A stretch of 64,000 nt of DNA. Source: the human T2T-CHM13v2.0 reference genome, Homo sapiens. The notes beneath the pieces are model-generated. The model was not told the DNA's origin, ran no database searches, and worked only from the letters and a program-made list of their open reading frames with translations. Of this stretch, positions 1 through 14,054 are shown one piece after another. A program made the translations under genes and the position numbers. Position 1 is the first letter of the stretch. The number at the start of each line of letters is the position of its first letter. The stretch is taken from assembly GCF_009914755.1 (NCBI RefSeq), contig NC_060928.1. One strand, given 5' to 3'.

Positions 1-729
1 ATTTATAGGATTCTATTATATCTCTTCATAAAAGTAACACTAGGTACAATGATAAAGGTGACACAACTATTATTATGCCTACATAACTGAATATATGGTT
101 AATGCATGGCTATTACAAATTTATATTTTAAAGCTATTTCATATTATTTTTGAATATTTACAAAGTCTTATCATTACATCAGTTTTTAACAACATTCTAA
201 GTAGCACTGCTTTTTAGAAATTAGTATTTCAAGGCAAAATTTTAATTATCATCTAGGCTTAGAAAGCGAACCTAATATGGTTTCATAGATTTCTCCCTGT
301 TGTCTCATCTGGCTGCACTGATTTATTGATTAAAATACTTGATAGTCTTTGATCTCTTACAACCTCAATTTATTTTTGCTATATGGTTGATTACTTTTTC
401 TCATCAAAGAGCTAGAGATAGGCATGCTGTACTTGTAATATATATAAATCCAAATGAAACTATAATGCAAAATTTATAAATAACCTAATAAATATCTTAA
501 AAATTAACATGCTTTATGATATGTGGGTAGTTTACAATTCTAAAATATTTATTTGCATTTAGTAAATTTAATGAAAATTAGGAATTTACTGCATTAATGT
601 ATCATTCATTTAACAAATATTTTAACTGTATGTATGATGCTAAAACTGAGGTAAATTACAATACTACATTTCAAAAGTTTTTGTATCAAGTGATTTATTC
701 ATCATGCTTACTTTATAAAGATGTATGCT

Positions 730-1054
<325 letters not shown>

Positions 1055-1195
1055 AAAGATGTATGCTGTAATGCACTGCTGTTACTATTTCTAGGTTAAA
1101 TAAAGTTTTTACTGCATTAAAAAATTACAATTTATATAAAACTCATAACCCTGGAGTCTATGGCAAACTGCTTTTGTTGATTCTCTTCAAAAGCC

Positions 1196-1325
1196 CATTC
1201 ATTCATTAATGCATATTCATTCAACAAATATGAAGTTTTATTCTGTGAAAGGTATCCCACTAGACATAAAGATACAACAGTGAACTACATAGCTGTGGTA
1301 CTTAATTTCATGACATTTCAAGTAG
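1196..1325 (-). mobile_element. L2 LINE 3' end relic
   Basis: CATTCATTCA...TTCATTCAACAAATAT...GATACAACAGTGAAC resembles the reverse-complemented L2 3' tail; very diverged. Confidence 0.55.
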
Positions 1326-3533
1326 CTAATCAAAAAAACTATATTTTACAAATGTGGAACCTCGAGTTTATACTGTTGAAGCCATGTGTTCAATCTCCAA
1401 ATCGAATGCATCCTTTCTTATAATTTTATTTTATTGGCACTCCTAGTGCTATTGAGCAGACCGTACCATTTGAGTATATAATACTAACAATAAAACTGTT
1501 ATTTATTCTTCATTTTGTCCCTGGGTCTACTCCTGTATGAAGATATTCAGAGCAATTGCTTCTTTTTAACACATTTAGTCTATGCCCGTACTTCATACTG
1601 CTATAGCCTTGCTTATTAATTTACCCAGTTTTTACATAGATGTGTACCTGGTATGCCTCTCTTTTCCTGCATTAAGACTCTACCTAACTCTCCCAGAAAA
1701 CACACTTCTTCAATTCCCTATCATCACATAAATAGGTATTTTTCTGTCCACATAGGTAAAATCTACTTTGACCTATTTTTTTCTCACCTTTTGTGGATAT
1801 TTTCTTTACATTTTTTAATCTGCCTTCAAGAAATGGCTCCTAGTGTATTAAGAAATAAGGCTTTTAAGGGAAAAAATAATTATAGATAGTTATGGAAAAA
1901 TTTATATCCAAATGTGTTTTTTCATTTTTTTATATATTTTTATTCATGCGGTTTATTGATTGTCAACTTACCATGTGAAATCTCAGCATATAAAAACTTT
2001 TAATCTTTATGTATATATTTATTTTATTTTCCTAATGTATTCATTTCAGAAAATGGGCTCCAATATAGTTGTGGCTTCAGTTATTTTCTGGAGAAAAATT
2101 TTCCAAAATTCCTAACTCCGTTTTGTATTCTAGAGACAAACCATTTGGGGTGTACATAGGAATCAGAACAATTTTTTATGTATTCAGAGTCAGACTTATA
2201 ATTGACCTTCTAAGATTATTTTCATATCAGCTTCCTCTTTGCCAATACATTTCCATTTTTTCTATTTTGAATATTTGTTCTCATTCATGTCTGCGTAATA
2301 CTCAGCACCAACACTTGTCATTTCTTTCTTTATGCGTTTCACCTTATTTATAGCCATGTGTGAACATAAAATAAACAATGGATGTTCTACTTTACTAGAC
2401 ATATTTAATTCTAAAAATACAAGTACATTTCCCCTTTCATAATTTGAATAGTTATACTATTTGCTCATTAAACCAAACTCTTATGGTAACTTTAAAGATA
2501 CTTTTAAGTAGTTAATAACTTGGTTATTAAAAAGACAGGAGACAAATTAATAAATAATATTTCAAATTTACAGAATTAGATTGTTCTGATGAAAAAACTT
2601 ACAAAGATAGAGATTTAAAAAACCTAATCATTTTCTTTCTCCTAACTTGAAGATTTTAAATATTTGCTTATGATTATTGAAATATCATGTCTAATATCCA
2701 TATAATGAATTTAATATGTTCTCTTTTGTTGTTTTTGGTCTCATTAATAAATACTTAAATAATAGGAAAAATGCATTAGTCTCTTGGATTTACTTAATAA
2801 TATGTCAGCGATCTTCTGATCCTCTGATTTTCTAGGTTATATTTTGGAAATTTACTTGTAAGTTCAGTCACTGCTTACAGAAAGGGGAATATATGAGACT
2901 TCGAGCCTGATTCCTCTTAAGAATAATGTCTAATTCTTTTTAAAATAATGGAGAAGACATAAACAAGAACATTATAATTTTTGAACAAAATAAATATTTC
3001 AATAAGATAGTGAAGATTAGAATTTATCCTTGGTTGGTTGAATGCACCCTTCCTTTTTCATAGCAACACCGTGGATCATTTTTAATTTGTAGATATAAAA
3101 CAAAATCTACAATCTAAATGGAAAGATAAAGTGGTTTGCTTAGTAATATGAAACGTTGAGTATGGGCAACATTTTATATCTGTAATCTGTAAGTTATTCA
3201 TCTGAAATTTACAATTATGAATGTAGTATTCATTGAACTTGAAAATCATTGCTAATTCTGTGTGTATGTTGTGTGTATGCATTTATGCACTTCCACAGTT
3301 GCACAGACCTGTGTATGAGACTGTTCGGGTTCAAAAGATTTCCTGAAGGAGATTAAAAGCACAACTGAAAGAGAGTAAAACAGAAGTGGATATGGATCTT
3401 TACCCCAAGCTGGTAAAGGAAAAAAAGAATCTTGTCTTTGATTTTCAAGGTCTAGTGTGGAATCTACTATTAAGGTTCTCAAATATCTATTAGGTATTAC
3501 ACCACAGTGAATAATTATGTATTAATAAAAAAA

Positions 3534-3835
3534 TGCTATTACTTGAATGGTTGTGTCCCTTTACAATGTATATGTTGAAATTCTAACCCCTAGCTGGTGA
3601 TATTAGGAGGTCGGGCTTTGAGGAAGTGATTAGGTCATGAAGGCAGAGGCCCTTCGAATGGGATTAATGCCCTTATAAAAGAGGCCTAAGGGATCTTATT
3701 TGTTCCCTTTCACTATGTCAGGACACAGTGAGAAGGTCTCATTTATGAACCAGGAAACAAGTCCTAACCAGACATCTTGATTATGGACTTCCCAGCCTTC
3801 TGAACTCTGACAATATTAGCACAAATGGAAGTTAA
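3534..3835 (+). mobile_element. MLT1A-type MaLR solo LTR (partly deleted)
   Basis: TGCTAT..TGAATG..TGTGTCCC..ATATGTTGAAATTCTAACCCC..GTGATTAGGTCATGA..GAATGGGATTAATGCCCTTATAAAAGAG..GGACACAG..GGACTTCCCAGCC matches MLT1A/A0 consensus blocks. Confidence 0.85.
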
Positions 3836-4354
3836 GAAAACACATGGTAGTAGATAGAGGTACTCTTGGAAAAAATATATTAACATTATTTTCTGTTTAT
3901 TATTTCATCCTTTGTTATAATCTTAGACAATATAAACATATGTGCATCTTTCATAATATAACTTGACCATGCTGTGTAGATAAAGTTATAGTAGTAAACT
4001 AATTTTATCATTAAAAAGTAAATCTAAGTTTAACTTCTTAAAAATTGATGTTTTATATATATATGAAAGTTTATAAACTTGCATGTATTTAGTACTGAAA
4101 ATAGTTTACATATATCATTATGTACATGTTAGATGACGTGTTTGTGCAAAATAAAAAACTTGTAATATTCTATTATTTCATAATAATGACATAATTTGGT
4201 TTACAAATGAAAATTTTACAATATACATTCTGAACTACATATAATCTTCTATTAACAATAATGCAAAATATGCTTATTATCTCATTAATCCTTAACTTAA
4301 ACTTTCAATCCCCTTCTTTTAGAAGTTCTTAAATTAAAGGTGTATTACGTTGTC

Positions 4355-4695
4355 AGCTAGGTGTGGTGGCTCATGCCTGTAATCCCAGCACTTTGGGAGG
4401 CCGAGGCAGGAGGATCACTTTATGTTAGGAGTTCGAGACCAGTCTGGGCAACATGGCGAAACCCCATCTCTACTAAAAATACAAAAATTAACTGGTCGTG
4501 GTGGTGCATGCCTGTAATCCCAGCTAATTGGGAGGCTGAGGCTGGAGAATTGCTTGAACCTAAGAAGCGAAGTTTGCAGTAAACCAATATCGCACCACTG
4601 CACTCCACCCTGGGCAACAGAGCAAGACTCTGTCTCAAAACAAAACTCCATCTCAAAAAAAAAAAAAAAAGAAAAGAAAAGAAAGGAAGAAAGAA
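4355..4695 (+). mobile_element. Alu SINE (AluS/J) with duplicated 3' terminus and A/GA-rich tail
   Basis: Complete Alu dimer ending AGCAAGACTCTGTCTCAAAACAAAACTCCATCTC(A)n. Confidence 0.96.
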
Positions 4696-6035
4696 AGATA
4701 AAGTATTGAATTCTCAAGTTTGAAAACATGAATTGACTTACAAAATCAAATAAAAATATTTTGATTCTATATTAAAATCTTCAGTTAAAGGCTTTTGAAG
4801 AAGATAGGGAATTAATTAATAGAATTAGAAATATTTCAAAAGCAGAGTACTTTTAGAAATAAATTATTGTAATAGTAGTAGATAACATTCTCTGATTTTT
4901 ATGGCAATCATATAAGCAATTTGCTTGTCTCCCTTTTAATTCTGTCTATACACTTTACCCCTCACGGCAATTTTAAAATAGAGATCAAACCTGCTTTTAT
5001 TAATAATGTGAATGAATGCTTTTCAAAATCACTACACCACACAAAAGTTATGAATGACTGACAAATATTCATGAATTTGACACCATTTTATTACACAAAA
5101 AATTTATAGTGTATTCTGAAATTGTTACCATGAAAAGTGATTTAGGGCCTTTTTTCTCTTATTGTTCATAGGAAAAAAATCTAATATTTAATATACTTAT
5201 GTCAGTTTTTAAAAATAACAAATAAATTGAACATTAGTGAAATTACACAACTCATGTCTAAATTGTCAATATTGCAAAACATTTTTAATTATTTAAGTAC
5301 GTTTACTCTGTTCTTATACTAAAAACGGTTTTCATTCTCTTGTTTCTATTAAAATAATTCTAATGTACTAAAATTATTTAATGATTTATATGACTTCAGT
5401 GTACTTCTATTTTTTTAAATTATAAAGAAATATATTTGTTTATGTATAAGGTGGTCTAGATTCATTGGATTAGAATTAAAACACTACTATTATCAGATTT
5501 TCTTTCAATAAGCCTTGAAATAAGGCATGCAATGTTTTATAATCAAGTCATCTATTTTCCATAAAATTATGAATTATCAATGTCTGAATTTATATCAATT
5601 TTAAGATAGAACTAGTAGAAATATACTTTATTAAGTATAATAAAATATTCTAACAATAGTTTTGACATTTAATTGGTAATTTGACATAACAAAAGCTAAT
5701 CAAGAAATACATAAAAATAATTTCAAATTCCCAGAGAGATTTGGAAAAATCAGTTACTTACAAAGGACAATAAAAGCTAAATTGAAGGAAGAAATGGGAA
5801 ATAAATCTATTTAATATTATATGTTAAAATCCTACAAATCATTATGGTTATAAAATCACTAACGAAGGTAGTATATCAGTGTATCGTAGTAAACACAAAG
5901 TTATAATTAAAAGTTGAAGAGATACATTATATTTTATCTCTCTGGGGTTCAACTTCGAGTTTTAAAAAATGACTCAGAGGAGCAAAGTTTTTTTGCAATT
6001 TTACTTTGTTGGTTGTCCTAAATAAATATCTTCTT

Positions 6036-6222
6036 TATTGTATACTTGAAGTTTGCTTGTAGAGTAGATTTTAAGTGTTCTCACCACAAAAATGGTGATT
6101 ATAAGGAGATGGATATGTTAATTAACTTGGCTGTGCTAGTCATTCACCATGTATATGCATATCAAAGTAGCATACTGTATACCTTAAATATATGTAATTT
6201 CCATTAAAAAAGAAAGAAAAAA
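6036..6222 (+). mobile_element. L1MA/L1MB-type 3' UTR end fragment with A-rich tail
   Basis: TTGTATACTTGAA..GAGTAGATTTTAAGTGTTCTCACCACAAAAA..GATGGATATGTTAATTA..TACCTTAAATATAT is a typical old L1 3' terminus. Confidence 0.8.
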
Positions 6223-7705
6223 TGCTCAGAAATAGTTTATTTAAAGAAAAGTATATTTATTAAGATATAAAACATGCAGATAAATATGGCCAAGAAATCT
6301 ATAAACAAAGTGTTTAGTCAAGCTAAAATTTATGACAAGTTAATGCTTTACTTGGCTTAAATTAGAAAGTCTTAATAGATTTAAAGAAATCTTGTTTTAA
6401 AAATGAAATGATTATAGAACTTAAATGCTTTAAGCCACTAGAATATTTTACATTATTTTTCAGTTGTGGGTTGTTTTAAATGACAGTTTTATTGAGAAAT
6501 AATTGTCCCAACATAAAATCTATACTTTTAAACATACAATTCAATTTTGAAAATATATTCAGAGTTGTGTAACCTTCAACACTATGTCACTATATAAAAA
6601 TTTTAACACCTGAAAACGAACCCCTATACTCATTAGTTAGTTACTCCTAATTTTCCCCTATACCCATGCCCCGTAAATCACTAATCTACTTTCTGTTCCT
6701 ATGGATTTTTCTATTCTGGACATTTAAATGTAATCATACAACGTGAGGCATTTTGTGTCTAGATTATTTCCCTTAGCATAATGACATAATTTATTTTTAA
6801 TTTAGTTTAAAGTATGGCTATGTTATAGCATGCATATTTCATTCATTTTAATAGACAGAATATTCCATTGTATGGACATACCACGCTTTACGCATAAGTC
6901 AGTTTAAAGATATTTGTGTTACTTACACTTTTTGACTATTACAAAGAGTGTGTATATTTTTCTTGGGTATATGCCTGGGGTGGAATTACAGGGTCATATG
7001 GGAAATCTCTGATTAACTTTCATAGAATTTTCAGTTTTTCAAAGTGGCTGCATATTTTCAATCTAGCAGTGTATAATGGGTTCTATTTCTACCAACACTC
7101 CTCTACATTTTATTGTTTGTTTTATTTGTTTTAGCCATCCTAGTGTGTGTGAAGTGGTATTTCATTGTGATTTTGATAGTGATATTGAGCTCATTTTCAT
7201 GGGCTAATGTGCCATTTGTTTGTCTTCTTTGGAATAATGTATATTATTGACATATAATTGGCAATTTTATTTAACAAAAAACTAAACAAATCTTTTACCC
7301 TTCAGGTCATTTACCCAAAAATTGCTGTTGTTTAAGAATTATATATTTCGGAATTAAGTACCTTTGAAAAGATACTTTGTAAATATTTTATCCTATGCTT
7401 TGAGCCATCTTTTGATTGTGTAGACTTGTCCTATAAAGCACAAAAGTTGTTTTGCTTCTTTTTTTTAATTTTGGTTATGCCCATTTACCTATTTTTCTTT
7501 TCTCACTTGTACTTTTGATGGCACACATTAAAAAAAAACCATTGCTTAATTCAAAGTCATGAACATTCACTTCTTTTTTTTTTTGAAGCTTTTTTTAGTC
7601 TTAAATCTTACTCTCAGGTCAGTGTTTAACTTTCAGGTGATTTTTGTATATTGTGTGATATACACTGCACATTTAGTCTTTTGCTTGTGGATACTAGATT
7701 GTCCC

Positions 7706-8094
7706 GTGAAGGTTTGTACAAGATTTGTGCAGGGTGTATTAAAAAGTATCACAGAAATAAATTGGAGAAAACAGAAATAAATGAAAAAACTCACAAGATT
7801 CATGAATTGGAAAAATTGATATCGTTAAGATGGCAATACTTCTCTAATTGATTTACAAAGTCAAAGCAATTTATACCAAAATCTCAGATAGTTTGGCAGA
7901 AACTGATAAATTAATCACAAATTAGGAAACTCGGGGAACCCTGAATATCAAAAATTGACCAAATAACCCTTTAATAAACAAAATTAGAGTGCTCACACTT
8001 CCCAATTTCAGAATTTACTTTATGGTTACACTAATTAGGATAGTATGGCACTGACATTTGGATGGATATATAGAACAATAGAATAGAATTAAGA
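7706..8094 (+). mobile_element. Inverted internal L1 ORF2 segment
   Basis: The + strand translates as DIVKMAILL*LIYKVKAIYTKIS and VWH*HLDGYIEQ*NRIK, matching ORF2p [23 protein letters not shown] and VWYWHKDRHIDQWNRIE. Flanking L1 is minus strand. Confidence 0.85.
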
Positions 8095-8807
8095 TTGTAT
8101 TTCTTCTTAGGTCAGTTTTGGCACTAGGTATCTTTGTATAGGTTATTCATATCTTTTAGGTTACCTAATTTGTTAGTATAAAATTTTTCATAAAAATACT
8201 GTATAACTTTTTTTATATCTGTAATGTCAGTAGCGATGCCTCCTGTTTTAATCCTGATTTTAAGTCTTTCTTTTTTCTTGATCAGTCCAGCTAGATTTAT
8301 GAATTTTCTTGATTTTCCAAGAAATAAAATTTTATTGATTTTTTCTATTATGGATTACTTTCTCTTTTATTTCTATGTTTATATTTATACTTTCTTTTTT
8401 TTCTAGTTTCTTAAGTAGGAAGAGTAGAAAGCCACATTTCTTATCATTTTCGCTCTATTCTTCAAGTTTTGGTGCATTGTGGTTGTATTCTCATTTATCT
8501 CAAAGTATTTTTGAATTTTACTACTGATTTCTTCTTTGACTCATTTGTTACTTAGTAGTATGTTAATTTGTACATTTTTATAAATTTCCAAATGTCTATC
8601 TATAATTGATGTCTAATTTCATTTCACTGTGGTTCAAGAATATACTTTGTATAATGTTAATCCCTTACAATTTTTAATTTATTGAGACCCTTTCTAATGA
8701 CTTAATATATGGCCTATGGCAAATGTTTCCTGTGCCCTTAAGTGAATGTTTATAACTCTTTTACTGACTGAAACAAAATAAGCCAATTAAGTTTCATTGG
8801 TTTATAT

Positions 8808-9235
8808 TGTATCTTAATCTATGTGTGTTGCTGTAAAAGAATATATGAGGCTGGGTGATTTATATATAAAAGAGGGTTATTTTGCTCACAGTTATGTAGG
8901 CTGTACAGGAAGGTTGGTGATGGCATCTGAATCTAGTGAGAGACTCAGGCTGTTTCTACTCATGGCGGAAGGTGAAGGGGAGCCAGTTTGTGCAAATCAT
9001 ATGGCAAAAGATGAAGCAAGAGCGACAGAGTGGAGATGCCAGACTCTTTTTAACAATTGGCTCTCAAGAGAACTAGCAGAGTGAGAGCTCACTTATCCCC
9101 AACCCAGGGAAGGAATTAATCTATGAGAATCCAACCCCCTCATAACTCAAACACCTCCCATTAGGGCCCATCTCCAACCTCAAGGAATCAAATTTCAACC
9201 TGAGGTTTGGGAAAACAAACATCCAAAATATAGAA
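8808..9235 (-). mobile_element. MSTB-type MaLR solo LTR
   Basis: GTTGCTGTAAA..GAGGCTGGGTGATTTAT..CATGGCGGAAGGTGAAGGGGAGCCAG..AAACACCTCCCATTAGG..AAATTTCAACCTGAGGTTTGG..AAACATCCAAA are MST antisense hallmarks. Confidence 0.88.
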
Positions 9236-9308
9236 TATTGCTTTTCAAATCTTGTTTTTCCTCTTTTCTTCCACCTAGTAATTTTTCGAAGTGCATTAGT
9301 TAAGCCTC

Positions 9309-9660
9309 TGTTATGGTTTGGCTGTGTCCCCATCCAAATCTCATCTTGATTTGTACTCCCACAATTCCCACATGTTGTGGGAGGGAGCTGGTGGAAGATA
9401 ATTTGAATCATGGGGACAGTTTCCCCCATATTGTTCTTGTGGTAGTGAATAAGTGTCATGAGATCTGATGGTTTTATCGGGGGTTTCTGCTTTTGCATCT
9501 TCCTCATTTCTCTTGCCGCTGCCATGTAGGAAGTGCCTTTAACGTCCCGCCATGACTCTGAGGCCTCCCCAGCCATGTGGAACTTTAAATCTAATTAAAC
9601 CTCTTTTTCTTCCCAGTCTGAGGTATGTCTTTATCAGTAGTGTGGAAACAGGCTAATACA
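9309..9660 (+). mobile_element. THE1 (THE1A-like) MaLR solo LTR
   Basis: Starts TGTTATGGTTTGGCTGTGTCCCCA and ends GGCTAATACA; 352 bp. 5-bp TSD GCCTC/TCCTC (1 mismatch). Confidence 0.95.
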
Positions 9661-10657
9661 TCCTCCAACTATTACTGTCAAATTGTTTATTTCTCCAATG
9701 AATTCTGTCCGTTTTTGCTTCATGTATTTTAAGCTTCTGTGGCTAAGTGCATATATCTTCATAATTATAAATTATAAACTGCTAGTGAATTGACTCCTTG
9801 TGATTTGGCACTTTCATCATTTTAAATTTCCTTCTTGGTCTCTAAAACAATAAAACAATGTTTTTCTTAAATGTTACTTTTTTCGTGATATTACCATTAT
9901 TACTCCAGCTCTTTTTTTGTATGTTCCACGGTCTATGATTTTTCAGTTCTTTCATTTTCAAGCTATTGAATCTAAAGTTTGTCTCCTGTAGAAAACATAT
10001 ACTTGGGTTATTTTTTCTGATTCTTCTAATCCCTGTCTTTCAATTGAAATGTTTAGTTCGATCACATTTAACAAAACTATTATTTTGCTATTTGTTTTTT
10101 GTATGTCTGATGAATTTTTAAGTGTTAGTCCTCCATTTTTTCTTGTGTTAAATAAATATTTATTTTCTAAAATACCATTTTAATTTCCTTCTTTTTTTAC
10201 ATGTTTGTGAGCTATTTATTTAGTGGCTTTCCTGATAATTAAAATTACGAACTTAGTTTAATCCAATTTCAATTAACACAAACTTAATTTCAAATTATAC
10301 AAAAAATTGCGGTAGTATAGCTCTATTTCCTCTCTTCTATCATATCATTGTCATGCAAATTATATATTTATGCATTATCAACCTTTCAGCTTAGTTTTAT
10401 ACTTATTACTTTATTATTGTTTTTTAATACAAATAGCAAGATAAATTATTTACAAAAAAATACATTAATATAGTGTTTTATATTTATCTGTGTAATTATA
10501 CTTACCAATGCCGTTTATGTCTTCATAAAAATTTGAGTTATAGTCTACTGTCCTTTCATTTCAGGAAAAACTGTTTTTAGTATTTTTTGCAGGATGTGTC
10601 TTCTAGTGATAGAATCTCTGGGTTTTGTTTATATGGAAATCTTTCTGTTTCTCTCTC

Positions 10658-10660
<3 letters not shown>

Positions 10661-10693
<33 letters not shown>
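10661..10693. repeat. (TG)n microsatellite
   Basis: About 16 perfect TG units. Confidence 0.95.
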
Positions 10694-10699
<6 letters not shown>

Positions 10700-11652
10700 T
10701 AAGGATAGTTTCAATGAATAAAGAACTGCTGGTTGGCAGTCTTTTATGATGTGGAATATGTCATCCACTGCATTAGAAAACTGACTGGTTTCTAAAGAAA
10801 AGTCAACTGATGATCTAATTGAATTGATAATCTCTTTTAAATGATGAGTTGCTTTTTCTCTTACTCTGTTCAAGTTTTTCTTTTTGTCTTGGTATTTGGC
10901 AGCTGACTGTGATCTGTATATGTATGGATCTGTTTGTGTTGATCCTATTTGGGGTATCCTGAGCTTCTTTGGTGTACAAATTAATGTATTTTTTTAATTT
11001 GTGAAGAAGTACTGTTTTTTTTTTTTCAAATATTCTGTATCTCCCTTTCTCTCTATCCTCTCCTTTTAAAATTCCCATGATGCCTGTGTTAGAACTATTG
11101 TTGGTGTCCCAAAGTTCTTGGGCTTGTGTTTTATTATTATTATTCATTCTTTTTTCTTTCTCTCCTGTGCATTAAACAAAGTCAATGGACCCATTCTGAA
11201 TATACTGATTCTCTGTTATGTCAATTAGAGTATGATGTTGGGCCCTTTTTTTTCAGTTATTTTACTTTTGACTTCCAATATTTTTATTTATTTCATTTTT
11301 ATAACTTCTATCTCTTGATGTTCTGTGTTTGGACAGACATTATTTTCATGCTGTTCTTCATTCCTTAGGCATGGTTTCCTTTCTTACATATATTTTAATA
11401 ACTGACTTAAAGAATTTCTCTAGTATTCCTAACACCTGGCCTTTCTTAGAGAATTTTCTATTAATTTTTTTTTCTTGAATGTTAGTTAGAATTTCCTATT
11501 TCTTTTCACATCTTGGAAGTTTTTGTTGAAAATTTTCATTTTAAATAATATATTGTGGCAATTCAGGAAATCAGATCTTGCTCCCTGCACCTTTAGGTTA
11601 AAAGATACTTAAAATTCTTGAACCAATTAGGTTCTCAGCATTTGCCAAAGGG

Positions 11653-11679
11653 GTGTGCGTGTGTGCGCGCCTATGCTTG

Positions 11680-11722
<43 letters not shown>
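11653..11722. repeat. (TG)n / (CG) compound microsatellite
   Basis: GTGTGCGTGTGTGCGCGC followed by about 18 TG units. Confidence 0.93.
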
Positions 11723-11723
<1 letters not shown>

Positions 11724-11773
11724 AGTCTGTGTCCTGATGATTATAATTTTGGCAATCATTTGTGCCCTCATTA

Positions 11774-12240
11774 TGACAAACAGTTTTTGTTTGGCCAAAC
11801 TTTATTTAGGTTTCTGAAACTTCTAGGCTCATCTGTGTTCTCCTTTGTAAAATTCAGTTTTAGGAGAGAACCCTGCTAAGTCAGTTATCAGGATTCCCCA
11901 ACCTTTATATCTGATCATCCTTAATATCTGATCAGATTCTTCATTTTCCACCATCTTTTAGGTGATATCTGATCACCAGGCCTGTTTTCAGCAAGAATCC
12001 TCTTAAGTGAGTTTAGCCAGAATCTTCTTTATTGCTGATATTTCTTCATAGTAATGTTCTATTCACTGTGGTCCTTGGCTATAAATTTCCACTTGCCAAT
12101 GCTGTGTTTAAAGTTGAGCCCAATCTCTTTTTCCCACTGCAAAACCCCACTGCAGTAGTCCCTATATCCATTGCAACGGACCTGAATAAAGTCGTTTCAC
12201 CATTATTTAACAAGGATCAATGGATAATTATTTTTTAAAA
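11774..12240 (+). mobile_element. MER31-type ERV1 solo LTR
   Basis: TGACAAA..CCAAACTTTA..GAACCCTGCTAAGTCAGTT, repeated ATATCTGATCA, CCTTGGCTATAAATT (TATA), GTTGAGCCCAATCTC, CCTGAATAAAGTC (polyA signal). Confidence 0.8.
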
Positions 12241-12353
12241 ATTTCTTTTGTGGAGGACCATATTTTTCTTACTTCGCTATTCCTGAAATGCTTCCAGCCT
12301 CCAAATTTGAGAAATATTTAATAGATATTCCTAAGTTTAAGAAAATGCTCAAG

Positions 12354-12649
<296 letters not shown>

Positions 12650-14054
12650 TCAAATATTTCATATGTCATAATGAATTTATCTAGGAGAGGATTCACAAGA
12701 AGAATATATTACTAAGATGATGAATTGCCTATTATTATTATTATAATGTAGCAGCAGGTTCATTGTGTACAGCAATGATCTACAACCAAGTCATTATATA
12801 GAGCCCAGTAGTGAATAATTTAGATTATTCTATGAATCTGGGTATCTCAAATAACTTTTAATCTCTAAGTAATTGCCAAAATATTTTCTGAAGTATTATA
12901 AAAATGGTGATGTAATGAAGATGGCAGCTGGTTAAATTAAAAAAATATATATTTTCCTCAGAGTCTTTACTTTGTGGAAAAGAAACAGTATAAGACAAAT
13001 GCTCAAGCATTTTCCTGGATTGGTTATAACATTTTGAAGACAACAAAGCAAACCAGCAGTAACAAGAAAATATTTTGAAATCAAAAATGATAGAGAATGC
13101 TATGCTAGGGAGAAAAATTTTCATTTAATAGAAGTTAATGTACTTCATTAAACAACAATGGTCTTCATAACTAAAAATTAGCCTAGCACATAAATAATTA
13201 AACCCTTTTATTTAGAAAGCAATTTTGAGTTCCTCCTTTTGTAAAGCATTTTACTTATCCACATACCCTACTTTGGAGGATTGCTTATTCTGCATGAAAA
13301 CCAATTGTGAAAGCAAAAAACAATAACTGAAATTCAAGTAACAAGTAACTAATTCAATTGGCTTCTGTGAAAGTCCTTAAAAATAAATAGAATTTTCCTA
13401 AGCAAATTACTGGGAGAATATTGAGAAAGAGTACATTGTAATCAAAAGCACAGATATGTAGAAGAACACGGCATGTTGAAGACATATAAAAGATGGTCAA
13501 GTGTGAACCTAACCAAAGGCTGTGCTCAAGGAGATAAAGCTAGGGTGGTAGGTAATGGCTAAAATATAAAAAGTCTTACAAACAAAAATTCTTCCACCTA
13601 CTTCTCCAATCATGTTTATTATAGATCTGCATTATATAATTTCACACAGTGGCTTATTCTCAAATAATAAAACCTTCAAACTTAGAATATCACATTTATA
13701 TTTAGAAATGACAAGGAAGGAAACTGGAAGAGATTTTATAGGGCACAATGATAGATATTAGGCTATGGTGTGTTACATTTTCTGTAATATGTTTACATTA
13801 ATTTTACATAAAAATGGATTCCTTCTGAGATATTTATAAAATCATATCAGGAAAGTCAATAACTAAGGCTTTCTGTCTTTAGCGTTAATGAAATATTGTT
13901 ACTATGTGCTGCCTGCAATTTAAAACAATTCCTTCAAAATACCCCTTTAAATATATTTATGGTTAATTATATACATAATTCTAGAGTACAGGGTCAATGT
14001 GAAAAAATAAAATAAAAATATGAATTAAATGTTGAGGTGCATATAATCTCTTTT

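Larger units (their letters stand above)
6475..11600 (-). mobile_element. Old L1 (L1MB-like), decayed, from 3' UTR into ORF1; interrupted by MSTB, THE1 and an internal inversion
   Basis: 3' UTR motifs at 6480-6900 (CACTAATCTACTTTCTG, TATTCCATTGTATGGA). Minus-strand ORFs 10577-11147 give ORF1p-like peptides (ELWDT..GIMGILKGEDREKG..EAQDTPNRIN; VDFSLET..DDIF..DCQPAVLYSLKLSLK). Confidence 0.85.

Noticed and set aside
9121-9576. 151-aa minus-strand ORF
   Set aside because: It runs across antisense THE1, an L1 spacer and MSTB; a chance read-through of repeats.
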